DNA of 64,000 bases from the human T2T-CHM13v2.0 reference genome, Homo sapiens (GCF_009914755.1 NC_060929.1); one strand, 5' to 3'. Shown: positions 13,095 through 28,012, counted from the first letter of the stretch. A program made the numbers and translations. The notes: generated from the sequence alone by a model not told the origin.

Positions 13095-16000
13095 GTGAAG
13101 TATAGAGTGGTTAAATGACTTGCTCAAAATCACACTGCTTGAGAGCAGTGGAATCTTTTCAAATGGAATAGTGATTGTGGATTTACACAGATTTTTCTCC
13201 CCTTGTATTTTGAGTTCTTAGACATCATGGACCATTTTATTGATTACTGTATCTCCACCAGGGGCTGGTATATGATATAAGCAGAAAAAACAATTGTTCA
13301 ATTAAATTTGATTGAGTTCTTATTTATAATGGATATAACCAGTCTTTCTATCACTTCCCCAAAATTTGTTATGTAGAAATATATAGTAAAATGGCTTTCT
13401 TTTTAAAAATTTCCTTCAGATTTTTTATCTTATTTGCCAATTTAAAAATCATGCAGCCTCAAATACCACCTTTTTAGTAGTATCCTTAGGTTTGAATTTA
13501 ATGTGATACAAAAATACAGAATTTAAAAATTCCCACCATCTGAAAGGTTGAGCCAAGATTTATTTCTCTCATTCTTACTCTATGTATTTGTAATATAAGC
13601 ACCTATGGAGGAATATAAGGAGGGGCAAGGGATGCTGTAAGTTAAGGGAGTAGTTGACTAACATGTCAGCGAATACATTCTGTCTGCCTCTCAGAATTCT
13701 GAGAGATTTCAGTCTCTATTTACTATCCCGCATTTATCAACAAGGTTGGTGATTCTTCTTTTTGATGGAGAACGCTCCTTAAGACGTATGTAGATTTTTG
13801 CTTTCTACTGTCCTTACTTTCTTCATCCTACCTTTAGGATGCTGTACTTTTGTGTTAGGCCAGTTAGCAATCTTGAAATACTTCCTGGTTATGTGTCATT
13901 CCCTACAGCATTTAGGGTAGAAAAAAATGGAGCCTAACTTGTGTTGTAAAGAAAACCTAACTTCATTGTGGCCACTTGATTATTTTTTCTTTAATCAAGA
14001 TACAGCATTGAAAAAGAATATTTGTCTGGTTCTGAATCCAAGTAATACAAATGGATAATCTTTATTAAAAATCATCAAAACCAGCTGTGACCAACAGGTC
14101 TTACCATGTGGGTATTCAGAGCTAGTCCCATGATTTGTGCTTAATCACTGGCATGGCTGCTTGTGACAAACTTGCCACTTAATGTCTATTTTGTCATGGT
14201 ATTTTAAAATCAGGGAAGTAACTATTAATGTAACAACATATGGCAGCCATTACATGGTAAACTAGAATGTTTTAAAAAGGAAGTTTTTGGAATTAAACAC
14301 TGAGCTACAGCTTAGTGCATTTTTGCTTAACCTTGACTGTTATCAAACTGGGTTTAATGTGTTTCATAATACTGTATTCTAACTAAGTTTGAGAGCTTCA
14401 GTTAGAAAAAAATTTAAAAACTGCTAAAAAAAAATATTCCCTGTGGTTTTTGTTCTTAGACTTTGGGCTCATGTATCACATGCTTCTGGCATGTGTTCCC
14501 AGTTGCTAAGGCTCTGAGCAGTTCAGCCCGAAGAATCATTCTGGTCACTTTGTTCTTTTGTAGCTTCTTCATTGGTTTCAGCTCCAATAGAGCCTCTTTG
14601 TTGTACATAAGAAAGAACAGAAGAAAGGCTCTATCTACATCCTGTAGCTCTGAGGGAGACTCAGAGACTAGACTCTCTGACATTTCAGAGATGTTCATTC
14701 TCAGAGGCTTTCTAGCTTTTTGCCAGTTGGCAGTAGAGGGCTTTGCTCTCCCCCTCTGCTCCCACTCAGATATTATTTATCATAGGAGAAAAAGAATATT
14801 ACAGTTGAAATAGGCTTCATTTTCTTCCTAGTCTCTTTACCCGCCTTCTGTCTGTAGAGGCAGCTGCCATTCAGAAACTCATGCATATCCTTCCGTTCCA
14901 TGCTCTTATGTGTTCACTAAATAGAATCGTATTTCTAAACAATATAGTATTTGCATTCTTTCAATTTCATAGATGCTATGCTGTACCTATTATTTTACAA
15001 CTTGCTTTTTTGTACTCAACATAATGTTTTGGATGTATAGTTTGGTTCATTTACATTTTTATGGCAACTGTTATTTTTGTACTTATTTCTGACATTATTT
15101 TGGGTTCGTAATGTTTTCACTGCTTCTATCTTTCTCCTTTCTTTCCTTATTTTGGGTGATGTGAAATATTTAAACATTCATTTCTTTCTCTGGCATTTTA
15201 GATGTTATGCAATTTATATCCCATCTTCTAGTGGTTACTCTTAAATTTTTAGCAAATATGTATATTTAACAGTGTTTAAGGTTGATCAGAATTTCTGTTT
15301 TTCTGTACAGTGTAACAATCTTTGGAGGCCTTCATTCTGATCTCCCTTCCTCCTTCCATCATACTATTGATGTCCCGCATTTTATTCATACCTTGCTTTT
15401 TTGACTTTCTCCAAATTAATCATATGGTTATGTTGATAACTATAATTATATATAGTCAATTTGTGTTTAGACTTACTAGCATGGTTACTTGTTTCTTTCT
15501 TTAGCTCCTTCTTTCTGGTTTATGTTTACTTCTTGCTGCATGCAGAGCACTCCTTAGCAGTCACTTCTGTTCTCAATCTGTGTATGTCTCAAAATGTCTT
15601 TCACCCTTTCCCCCTGAGAAATAGTTAGTTCTGTATAGTCTTCTAGGCTGACCATCATTTTGTTTTAGTACTTTGAAGTTTACAGTGACTTATTCTATAT
15701 CAGTTTTTTTTATTTTAACAATCTGGATAGGAATATTTCTAAAATTTAGACATAATTTAAATAATGATTTTACAGCCCTTCTGCATTTGAAAAGAGGATC
15801 AATTAAGTCCCAGAGAGTCTTTGTTGAGGTCAACACTGTTATTTGGAACATGAGGCTTTGCATTGTGTTGTAATACAGTGATGTTCTCTGGTAATTGAGG
15901 TGTGCAAGAATGTTTGATTTTTCATTAGATGAGTTAAGACTGTTGGATTTTTTGAGACCTTGTATCTGCTTTTTAGTGGTGTGTGTATGTGTGTGCGTGT

Positions 16001-16249
16001 GTGAGTGTGTATGTGTCTTTCCTCTCTGTCAATACTTGCTGCTGTACCTGATTTACTTAATGTAATAATTGTTTTCCTTTAAGCACCTGTTTTTTCCCCA
16101 TTGTATATGTTCGTTTCTCCTTTGCTGAAAACAAGGGCCTTAGATAACCAAACTGGTCAAGAATATATGGGTTCATTTGATGTTGTCATTGGCATTGTCT
16201 CTGTGTCCTTCCTGAAAAGATTTTATACCGGCTAAGTATGTGACAAGTC

Positions 16250-16480
16250 GCAGTATGCTTATTATGGACACAGGCTCTGAAGCCAGATTGCTTGGGTTCA
16301 TATGCTAGCCCTGTATCATGTAACCCTGGCAAGTTCCTTAACCTCTAAGCCTCAGTTTTCTCTTCTCCAAGATGGAGATAATTGTAGTATACACCTTCTA
16401 GAATTGCTTCATGTTTTATATGAGTTAATACACACAACAGGCTAGAACAGTACCTGGTCCTGTTAACATGTGGTTAGTTA
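16250..16480 (+). mobile_element. MIR SINE
   Basis: ggctctgaagccagattgcttgggttc...ggcaagttccttaacctctaagcctcagtttt. Confidence 0.75.
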
Positions 16481-18654
16481 AGCATACTTTAAAACAGCTT
16501 TCAAGTTTCATCCCAAATACCGTGTGAACTGTGAGGTTCTATACAACTGAAGTTAAAAAAGTTTTCAGAATGAAAAATATCTAACTTGGAAAAAGACTAA
16601 ACTAGGACGTAGTCTATTTCTGTTACCATGGGGCATTGAATGTAATGTCCAAGTTTATTTAAATATTTGCTTCTGCTGGAAAGCAGGAGGTCATCTAAGA
16701 CCAGGGATGAAGATGTGACATTGGAGAAATCATAATGTAAATTAGTGGGTAAGCATTTTTTTGCTTTATAAATATTGATTTGCTTCCAACTTTTCAGTAC
16801 AGCCTGATGCCCCCATCAAATGATGTGAATGCTGGAAGACCTGAACTTTAGCTTCAGGTTTTTCAATAACTCACACTGTGACCATGACCAAATTCTTTCA
16901 ATTGCCTGTGCTTTAACTGGACTCTTCTAAGGGCAAATGAGATAATAACTATGACCTAGCTTTTAGCCAGCTTTTTAAGTGCTTAAAATAACTAAGGTGA
17001 TGCTAATACATTTTAGCAATGTAGCAATATTATTACTATAATGCTTCAAATGAAAATGTAGAGTTTTTATCATTTCAGATTAAACTTTTAGAATCAAACA
17101 CGTTGGCTTATATTTAATTATTTCATGGTTTGAGGCCTTACCAGGCTTATTTTATTTATGATTGGTTCCCCATCTACTTGCAGAAATGATTTAATGATAC
17201 ATACCAAAATTTATAAACCATTAAAATAAGTAAAAGACTGACCATGGAGGAACTTTGAATTTCTCATTTCATCTAACCTTTATTTTCATCATTTCCAGTA
17301 GCTACAATCAGTGATGTCAGTCTTTGTGTTCATCCCTTCTTATTCTACCTGAAGTTAGTTAAGGTTACATTTATTGGAGGCCAGATTTTGACACAGTGCT
17401 GAAGTGAACTATTATGAAAGAAAATAACATTTGTTGACACTATCCTTGTAGTCCTATGACCAGGCATCCTTAACAAATGATGAAACTGGAGCTCAAAAAG
17501 TTTAAGTAACTTTTCTGCAGTTACAGAGCTCATCAATTGTGGCATGTCGAAATCAACCCTAGATCTGCTTGACTCAATTCCAGAGTGCAAACACATAATC
17601 CATACACCACAGTGCTTTCTGTGATGTCAGTTCTGTTGAGAGAACCAAAAAGGGTAAAATGGTTACCTTAACAGAGAAGTTCAAAAGTGATTTTTAGAGG
17701 CAACTTGCATAAATTCCAAAGTAATGTGAATGTGAACATAATTGCATGATAATCTATCAACATGCATGCATTGCCTTTTTTGGGACCACAGAAGGTGCGG
17801 GCCTGGTGGTAAGAAACATGTGAAAGGGGAGTAAGATTCTAATTAAGTCTTAAGAGCAGCATAACATGGATTTATTATACGTAACCTTAACTATCACTGC
17901 ATCCTGGTGGATAATTCTAGGATTTTTGACCTGTAGATAAAGCTCTTGCCTAAGTCAGGAGAAGACAATTTCAGAAACTCATTATTTTAGGAAATGACGA
18001 GAATACTTCTTTCAAAAATAGGTATAGCTGGAGTTTCTAGAGCTTTTCCCAATACTGACATTGCTCTAGATCTGTCTTTCCTTACCAATTTCCCTTCCTC
18101 CTCTTCCATGGCTAATTTTCCCATCTTTATATCGCAAGTTATTATTTAATTCATCTACTTGTCCCTCTCTGAAGGTCCATGGAATGCTAATACTTATTCA
18201 TTTGGTCACTTTTACTAGGGACAGCAGAGTGGGTGTTAATGCATACTAATCATGTAAGGTTGATATTATTTTTATTTTTTTTTGTAGCTGAAGAAACTGA
18301 AGTTTACATAGATTAAATATATTGCCCCAAACCACTCAGCTAGTAAGTGGTCAAGCCAGAAATTAAATCCAAGCTTTTCCGGCTCCAAAATGTTGTGTGT
18401 GTGTGTTTCCTGTGAGTCACACTACCAGATATTCAGAGCAGTTGGTTGATATTTAAAAGGCATGAACAAAAGCCACCCACCCCAGAAATAACTCTACCAC
18501 TCAATGGTTATTGTACTTTAAATTTCAATATTTGAGATGCATTTCTTCTGCATTGTTGGCTGCTCTCTCCATAAAGTGTTTTAAGTTAATAAATGTTATT
18601 TTTCTTTTATAAATCTTTACATAGCACATTAATGAATATTAAATTAAATGCAGG

Positions 18655-19080
18655 CATACTTTCAGCTGCTCAAGTAACAGAAAATCCACCTGATGGTGAC
18701 TTTAACAAATGGGGTAGGTGGCTGCTGGTTCAGTGGCTTAAGATATCAGGGCTGGAATTACTGTGACTCTTTTGGTCTGTTTTTCATGGTCAGAGGGTGG
18801 TTGCTGCAGATCCAAGTATCACCTCTATTTAGGGCTGGAGGAAGGGAAAGAAGAGGTCTATGTCAGCCATGTCTGTCTTTTTTTAATCTAAAAAAGCAAA
18901 GATATTCTACTAAGTTCTCAAGCAACCGTTTGCTTATGATTTCAGATTGGAACTGCATCATATGGCTACACATAACTGCAAAGGAGTCTGGGGAAATTGA
19001 TATTTCTGTAGTGCAGATAGGCAAGAGAGAAGGATGGGAATACTATTGGGTTAGCCACTTGATAGTGTTGCCTACAACAT
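18655..19080. mobile_element. Old MaLR (MLT1-type) LTR fragment
   Basis: caagtaacagaaaatcc and catatggctacacataactgcaaaggagtctggggaaat resemble late MLT1 LTR motifs; very diverged. Confidence 0.45.
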
Positions 19081-20409
19081 ATGATATGTGTTCATTTTAT
19101 TATTAAAATGACTTTCTGAAACAGCAAATAACATTATCTCCATTTTTACAGAGAGCAGAAATAAGGTTAACAAAGTTTGAAGGACTTCTCAAGGTCATGT
19201 AACAAGTTAGTAGCATATCTAGGATCTAAGCCTTAGTTTTCTTCGTTCTAGCAAGTTTTTTTCTTCATACTTTTCTCCTAGAGAGGAGTTGGCAATTCAG
19301 TGATTAATACTTAATTAGTTTCACATTCCTCCTCCTGGGTGGCCAGAGTGAACAGGGTTGCTGGAATGGGCATGAGACTTCAAGACAGAGGAAGGTTCCA
19401 GGATGGATGGTGAGGGAATGACAAGCATCAGCTTTGCTCGTTTCTTCTGAGTTTTGCTCAGGATTGGTGAATTCTGAACATAGCTTTTCAATTTTTTCCC
19501 TCCTGCAGTTCTGGGCTGAGGATCTTGGAGGAGATCTCAACGAGACCATTGAAAAGTCATCTCTCCCTTTCTGTTTGTCTTTTGACCTAGTCTGTGATGG
19601 GCACCTGTAGTCTCATTTCTTTGTTGACTGAATCCTAACAACACATTAATAAAGAAAACCTCATTATTTGGCTTTCTTCTGTAGTGTTTTTTGTGGGGTT
19701 TTTTTTTTTTTCCTTCACTTTGTTACATCCAAATGCTAGTTTCTAAGGAAGGAGGCTTTTTTTTTGTTTTTTGTTTTTTTTAATTAATACATTTCTGTGC
19801 ATTTTTGTTTGGGGCCATGATCCCAAAAATGTCCTAAAAATGATATTGGAAGTTCCTTGTCATGGGTTATGTGAAGCTTCTGGTGGGAAAAGCACCATAT
19901 ACTGTTCCATGATGGAGCCTCCTCTGATCTCCTCTGTATTTCCTCAGCATTTTCTTTGTTTCTCTGTTGTAGTACTTATCACAAGGAAACATTAAGATGT
20001 AAATTTAAATATAAATCTTTCATGTATATTGCTCTTCCACATCAAACACTGAGAGGCTTTTTAATCCTTGTATCCACAGAACCTTACAAATAGAAGCATT
20101 CAGTAAGTGAATGAAAAAAAGAGAGCTTGGTTTTATTGAATATTTGGTTTAAAGGTTAACCAAGACATCTTATTTATTTTTGTTCATGCTGTTGAAAACA
20201 GTTATGTAATGTAATGGCTCAAGGATTTGTCTTAGTAAGCAGAATATTTTAGATGTAAATTGGATTCAGTGTGTTTGGCTGTGTACACTGTCATTCAGAA
20301 CGTCAGTGATTACTTTCTAGTTTTGAAGTTTTGTACATGTAGACTGTTTGTTAGGATTTATTTGGATGTCTGACAACCTCATTTATTCTCATTCTTCCCT
20401 CCTCTGTTT

Positions 20410-21870
20410 TTTAACCATAAAAACTGCTTTTATTATTAACTAACTTATATTCATTTACTCACATCTCCAAAGTAAAAAAAAAGCATTAAATATTATATAA
20501 TTAAAAGTCTCCCATCCATTTCTAGTGCCCAGCCACTCAGTTCACCTTCCCTAAGTGACTTTTATCATTAATTTCTGGAGTATTCTTTCAGAGATACTTT
20601 ATGCACATACAAATACAAATATACCATCTCCCCTTTAACAAATCTGCACAAATAATAGCATGTACTTTGCTTTTAAAAAAAAAACCCTCAGTACTTACTT
20701 GATATCTCTTTTTAATAGCATATAACACGTTTCTTCATCTTTTATTTAATGGCATACTATTCATTTTATGGCCATTCATAATTCATTTAACCCGTTTCCC
20801 TACTAGATTATTCATATTATTTCCAGTTTTTTGCTAATATACAAGCAATGCTGCAACAAATAATCATGTACATTCACTATTTTTCACTCTTGCAAATATA
20901 TTGATATGACAGATTTTATTCTAAGGAAATTGAATTACATTATCAAAGAGAATGTATGCTTATAACCTGATAAATTGCTCTCCTCCGATTGTACCAATTT
21001 ACACTTCTGCCTGAGATATGCGTGAGTACTGTTTCCTCATACATTCAATGGTATTAACATGTAATAAAACTTTTACTGCCTATTCAATCTGACAGGTCAA
21101 AAAGTGATATCTCATTTTCTTCTTATGATTGAGGTTGGGCATTTGTTTCTATAAGTTTAAGAGCCATTTTCATCTCATTTTCCATGACCTAAGGCTTGTA
21201 TCCTGCATTCATTTTTCTACTGTGCTGCTTGTCTCTTTCTTAATGTTTAAGAACTTTTATGTATTAGGGAGGTTAGTCCTTTGTGATAGGTGTTGTGAAC
21301 GTTTTCCCATGGTTTGGTCCTTGTCTTTTTACTCTCTTTATTGTAGTTTTAGTTAATTGCAGAAAGCAAAAGTTTAATGAAGTCAAGTGCATTAAATGCA
21401 TTAAAAGATAAGATGCAGTATTTTATCTTGAGACTCTGGAGTTTGTGTCAAAAAGGCCTTCCTTTCTCCAAGGTTATGGCCAGGTTCTTACCTGATTTCT
21501 TTTAATATGCTAGTATTTTCATTTTCACATCTATGTCTTTCAAACACTTGTATGGGTATGAGGCATGGGTTTAACTCTGCTTTTCTCCAGGTGGTTACTT
21601 AGTTGTCTCCAAATCATTTTTCCATAAGCTGTATTTTCCCCACTGATTGAGAGTCTACCTTTGTATTATTATGAAATTCTCAGTATATTGGGTCTATTTT
21701 AGACTTTCTGTTCTGTTCCATCAGGCTTTCAGTTATATTAAGTGCCAGTACCACCTGATTTTAATGATTAACTTATGTTTTAAAATTTATGTGGCTGCTT
21801 CTCCCTTGTTACTCTTCCTTTTCAGAATTTTCCTGGCTATTCTACTTACTTTCCTAACAAATATATGACT
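20410..21870 (-). mobile_element. Old L1M (L1ME-like) 3' fragment
   Basis: Antisense L1 3'UTR/ORF2-end motifs such as ttccagttttttgcta, gtaccaatttacac and ttgaggttgggcatttg. Confidence 0.6.
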
Positions 21871-22639
21871 AAAATTATGTTTTTCAGTGTGTAATTTTTA
21901 AGCCCCAGTTTTTTGCTGAGCAATGCCCTGGATTATTTTCTAGAAGGTAAACCCAAGATGTTTAATGAATTGTCCCCGACTGCAAGAGCTTGCAGTTACC
22001 TTGCAGAGGAAAAGCACATGCAGAAGGTAGATAGGAGAAGGGTTCTGCAGCCGAGCTCCTTCTGGTGTACACAGGTTACCTCTTTGTGGGCAGGCCCCTC
22101 CTGCTAAACTCCAGCCCCTCTTCACTGATGGCTGGTCAGTGCTAACTAATCTATGATGATGAGCTTGAAGTATATTACATTTGGTTATCTGAGCAAATAC
22201 AAAACAGTCGCACTGGAAAGTTCATGCTCATGGTGGGACATATTCTGAGGGCACATTCAGCATTATGCCTACAAGTTACTTTAGACCTCTGGCCAAGACT
22301 GTTAACCATCACCCTAGAATTAAGGTAGATTAAACTGTTCTTCTGACCTAAAATCTTTCATCTCTTAACAACCTCAGAATTGAAAATGAATATAGAAGAA
22401 CTAAATAATATTAGTTCTTCTCATTACTTTAACTCACCTACAAGTGAGCTTAAAACAGATCATATATATTGTTAAGATTATATGGACTGTAATGAGAATA
22501 GTTCTACGGTTAGATTTTCATACTTGACAATGAATGAGTGTTGAATACCTGTGATGTTGAGAATGTTTTCATTTTCTTTATAGAATTGAGTGCATTAACA
22601 TATCTCTCAACCTGGCAAATACCACTGGACAGTTTTTAA

Positions 22640-23102
22640 TTGACGGCACCTAGCCTTGTCTCCTAGGACAGTTCTTTCCTTCCTGCTTCACTGCCTGCTG
22701 CTTTCCAGATCCTCTTACGTCCTGACCTTCCAAATGCCCTCCGCATTTGGGCTTCCTCTGGACTTGGCCTTGAGTACTGTTTTGTTCTCTTCACTTTGTC
22801 TAATTTTTCCTTTGATCTCATACGATTACCCAAATAACAGTTTTCTGAAATTTACTTCAGTAGTCCAGACTTCTCTTCTGAGTGACCTGCACTTGGCATA
22901 TATACTCAGATGTAAATGGCCAAAATGAAACCTTTTATTTCTTACATTCCTTGCCTCCCTCCAGCCCTTGGCCCTTTGTACCCAGGAAATGGCACCACCA
23001 TCCGCTGTGTTTCTCAGGGTAGAAACACAATAGCCATGTTTGCATCTTCTCTTTTATTGCTCCCACATCCAGCCCATCAGCAAGTTCTGACAAGATTTCT
23101 AC
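22640..23102 (+). mobile_element. L2 LINE, 5' part, split by the L1 insertion at ~23103-27198
   Basis: L2 motifs ccagacttctcttctgag, aaatggcaccaccatcc and ccatcagcaagttctg. Confidence 0.65.
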
Positions 23103-23433
23103 TTTTGTTGTTGCTGTTGTTGTTTAGATGGTAGTCAGTATTTTATTATTTGGTGAATCAGGAGAAAGGGCTTTTGTTTTCTTAAGGGAGACTAGGAAAA
23201 CTAATTAAGAGGGAGAAACCGGAAACATTACATAGGTGTTTTTCTGTGCCATACAGCATTTTTCTTTGTGGAAGAATTGAAAACTTTATGTGTGCCTCTA
23301 TTAAATGGATATTTTTAAACTTTTATTTTGGTTCAAGGGTACATGTGCAGGTTTGTTATACAGATAAATTGTGTGTCGGGGGGTTTGGATTATATCATGT
23401 ATGTAATAAGCATATAAGCATAGTACCCAATAG

Positions 23434-23731
<298 letters not shown>

Positions 23732-24276
23732 TAGGTAGTCTTTTGATCTTCACCTTCCTCCCACCCTCTACCCTCAGGTAGGCCCTGGTGTCTATCATTT
23801 CCTTCTTTGCGTCCATGTGTACTCAGTGATTAGCTCCCACTTATAAGTAAGAATATGTGGTATTTGATTTTCTATTCCTGCATTGGTTCACTTAGGATAA
23901 TGGCCTCCAGTCCCATCCACGCTGCTGCAAATGATATGATCTCATTCTTTTTATGGCTGTGCAGTATTCCATAGTGTACACATACCATATTTTCTTTATC
24001 CCTCTACCAATGAAGGGCATTTAGGTTGATTTCATGTCTTTGCTATTGTGAATACTGCTGCAGTGAACATACGCGTACGTGTATCTTTATGGCGAAATGA
24101 TTTATAATCCTTTGGGTATGTACTCAATAATGGGATTGCTGGGTCTACTGGTAATTCTGTTTTAAGTTCTTTGAGAAATCATCAAATTGCTTTCCACAAT
24201 GGCTGAACTCATTTACATTCCTACCAGAAGTGTGTAAGTATTCCCTTTTCTCTGCAACCTCACCAGCATCTGTTAG

Positions 24277-24574
<298 letters not shown>

Positions 24575-26180
24575 ACATCTATTATTTTTTGACTTTGTAA
24601 TAATAGCCATTCTAACTGGTGTCAGATAGTATCTCATTGTGGTTTCGATTTGCCTTTCTCTGATGATTAGTGATGATGAACATTTTTTCATATGCTTGTT
24701 GGCTGCATGTATGCCTTATTTTTGAATAAAGTCTGTTCATGTCCTTTGCCTACTTTTTAATGGGGTTGTTTGTTTCTTGTAAATTTGTTTGTTTCTTATA
24801 GATGCTGGATATTAGACCTTTGTCAGAGGCATAGTTTGCATATGTTTTCTTTCTTTTTATAGGTTGTCTGTTTACTGTGTTCATAGTTTCCTTTGCTCTG
24901 CAGAAACTCTTTAGTTTAATTAGGTCCCATTTGTCAATTTTTGTTTTTGTTGCAATTGCTTTTGGTGTCTTCATCATGAAATCTTTTCTAGGTCGTATGT
25001 CCAGAATGATATTTCCTAGGTTATAGTACAGGGTTTTTATTGTTTGGGGTTTTACATTTAAGTCTATAACCCATTTAGAATTGATTTTTGTATATTGTAT
25101 AAAGAAGGAATCCAGTTTCAATCTTCTGCATGTGGCTAGCCGGTTTTCCCAGTACCATGTATCAAATAGGGCGTCCTTTCTTCATTGCTAGGTTTTGTCA
25201 ATTTTGTTGAAGGTTGTAGATGTGTCGCATTATGTCTGCACTCTGTAGAACTCTGTATTTCTGCTCCATTGAACTATGTGTCTGTTTTTGTACCAGTGCC
25301 ATGCTGTTTGGGTTACTGTAGCCTTGTAGTATAGTTTGAAGTCAGGTAATGTGATGCTTCCAGTATTGTTGTTTTTTTTTTTTTGTAGTTGTTGTTTAGG
25401 ATTGCTTTGGCTATTCAGGCTTTTTTTGGTTCCATGTGAATTTTAAAATAGTTTTTTCTATTTCTGTGAAGAATGTCATTGACAGTTTGATAGGAATAAC
25501 ACTGATTCTGTAAATTGCTTTGGGCAGTATGGCCATTTTAACATTACTGATTCTTGCTATCCGTGGAATGCTTTTCCGTTTGTTTATGTAATTTCTGATT
25601 TCTTTGGGCAGTGTTTTGTAATTTTCCTCACAGAGATCTTTCATCTTCTTGTTTGGTTGTATTCCTAGGTATTTTATTCTTTTTGTAGTTATTATGAATG
25701 GGATTGTGTTCTTGATTTGTCTCTCAACTTGAATGCTATTGGTGTATAGGAATGCTACTGGTTTTTATAGAGTGATTTTGTTTTCTGAAACTTTGCTGAG
25801 GTTGTTTATTAAATCATTGAACTTTTGTGCAGAGACTATGGAGTTTTCTAAGTATAAAATCATGTCACCTGCAAACAGGGATAGTTTGAATTCCTCTCTT
25901 CCTATTCGGATTCATTTTATTTCTTTCTCTTACATGATCGCTCTAGCTAAGACTTCCAGTACTGTGTTGAATAGGAGTGGTAAGAGAGGACATCTTTGTT
26001 TTGTGCCAGTTTTCTAAGGGAATGCTTCCAGCTTTAGCCTTTTCAGCATGATGTTGGCTGTGGGTTTGTCATAGATTGCTCTTATTATTTTAAAGTATGT
26101 TCCTTCAATGTCTAGTTTGTTGAGGGGTTTTAACATGATGGCCTGTTGAGTTTTACCAAAAGCCTTTTCTGCACGTATTG

Positions 26181-26218
26181 GTGAGATTGTGTGTGTTCAG
26201 GGTAGTATGGCCATAGAC
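26181..26218 (-). pseudogene. 5S rRNA 5'-fragment retropseudogene (nt ~1-38, tailless)
   Basis: Reverse complement gtctatggccatactaccctgaacacacacaatctcac versus 5S GTCTACGGCCATACCACCCTGAACGCGCCCGATCTCGT gives 30/38 identity, with 5 of the 8 differences being CpG transitions. 17-bp TSD cttttctgcacgtattg / cttttctgcatctattg. Confidence 0.88.
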
Positions 26219-27198
26219 CTTTTCTGCATCTATTGAGATGATCATGTGATTTCTGTTTTTACTTCTGTTTATGTGATGAATCATGTTTAATGATTTACAT
26301 GTGTTGAACCAACCTTGCGTCCCAGAGATAAAGCGTATTTGATTGTGTTAGATTAGCTTTTTGATGTGCTGCTGGATTCTGGTTGCTAGTATTTTGTTGA
26401 GATTTTTTGCATCAACGTTCATCAAGGATATTTACCTGAAGTTTTATTTTTTTGTTGTGTCTCTGCCAGGTTTTGGTATCAGGTTGATGCTAGCCTCCTG
26501 GAATGTGATAGGGAGAAGTGCCTTCTTCTCAATCTTTTGGAATAGCTTCAGTAGGAATGGTATCAGCTCTTACTTATATTAATATATCTGATAGAATTCG
26601 GCTATGAATTCCTCTGGTTCTGTGCTTTTTCTGATTGATAGGCTTTTTATTACTGATTCCATTTTGGAACTTGTTATTGGTCTGTTGAGGTATTTCATTT
26701 CTTCTGGGTTCGATCTTGGGAGATTGTATGTTTCCAGGAATTTTTCTATTTCCTCTAAGTTTTCTAGCCTGTGTGCATAGAGATGTACATAGTAGCCTTT
26801 GAGGGTTTTTTTTTTTGTTTTTTTTTTTTGTATTTCTATGTGGTTGGTGGTAATGTCCCCTTTGTCATTTCTGATTGTGATTATTTGGATCTTCTCTATT
26901 TTCTTTATTAGTCTAGCTAGTGGTCTATCTATTTATTCTTGCAAATAGCCAACTCCTTGATTGTTGATCTTTTATATGGTTTTCTGCTTCTCAATTTCCT
27001 TCAGTTCAGCCTGGATTTTGGTTATTTCTTGTCTTCTATTAGCTTTTGGGTTGGTTTGCTCTTGTTTCTGTAGTTTCCCTAGGTTGATGTTAGGTTTTAA
27101 ATTTGAGATCTTTCTAACTTTTTCACATGGGCATTTAGTGCTATAAACTTTTCTCTTAACACTGCTTTAGCTGTGAGCCAGACAATTTGGTATGCTAT

Positions 27199-28012
27199 AA
27201 GATCTTTATGTCCAGTGCACTCATTGTCTCCATTTCCATGACAGTCCCCCAATTTAGGTGACGAGGTACAACAACCAATCAAATGCAGTAGAGCTTCCTA
27301 ACTTTTATCCTTCCTTCCACAACTGCCCCTCTTCACCCTGTTTTCCCCAGAGCAGTATGGGTGAGCCCTTCAGGCTATAAATCAGATCACATCATTCCTC
27401 TGCCTAATACCCTTCAATGGGTTCCCACTTGGCTTAGATTGAAATCCTGTTTGGATACCATGGGTCAACAAAGGCCTGCTTATCTGGTCCCAGTTAGTCT
27501 CTTCAAACTTATTTCCAGACTGATCTCCTTTCATGCTGCCCCTTGATCATTAAGTTTCAGCCACTCTGATGTTCCTTCATTTCTTTATGTATGCTAAGCT
27601 TTTATGAAGCCCAGGGCCTTTACATGTGCTGTTTCCTGTGCCTAGAATATTATTCCTCTGGTTGTTTACATGACTGGCTTTTCTCTTAATCCAGATCTTG
27701 CATCAAATGGTACTTATCCAGAGGTTTTTCCTGATGACCACATCTACTGTCATCTCTAATGCATTATTCTCTATTTCATCTCTTGTTTCTTTCCTTCATA
27801 ACAATGTCCAAAAGCGTAATTACTTTATTCGATTTCTTTACGTCTGCTTTCTTGACTATGTTTTTTTTTTTCTTTCTTTTTTTTTTTTCCTAGCAAAAGT
27901 TAGTTTCAATGGGCAGATTCTCTGTTCATCATAAATGCTGCTGTATGGCTGGTATGTAGACCAATACCTGGCACATAGTATTTAGTACACTGGATAAGTA
28001 AATGAATAAACA
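27199..28012 (+). mobile_element. L2 LINE, 3' part, continuing 22640-23102
   Basis: tcagatcacatcattcctctgcc, cagggcctttacatgtgctgtttcc, and 3' end cctggcacatagta...aatgaataaa. Confidence 0.75.

Noticed and set aside
14456-14813. Overlapping 80-aa (-) and 116-aa (+) ORFs in apparently unique sequence
   Set aside because: No recognisable protein family and no convincing splice or poly(A)/TSD context; treated as chance ORFs, though a BLAST would be needed to exclude a pseudogene scrap.
24750-25644. ORFs resembling retrotransposon protein (also 56487-57884)
   Set aside because: Frameshifted L1 ORF2 remnants, non-functional.
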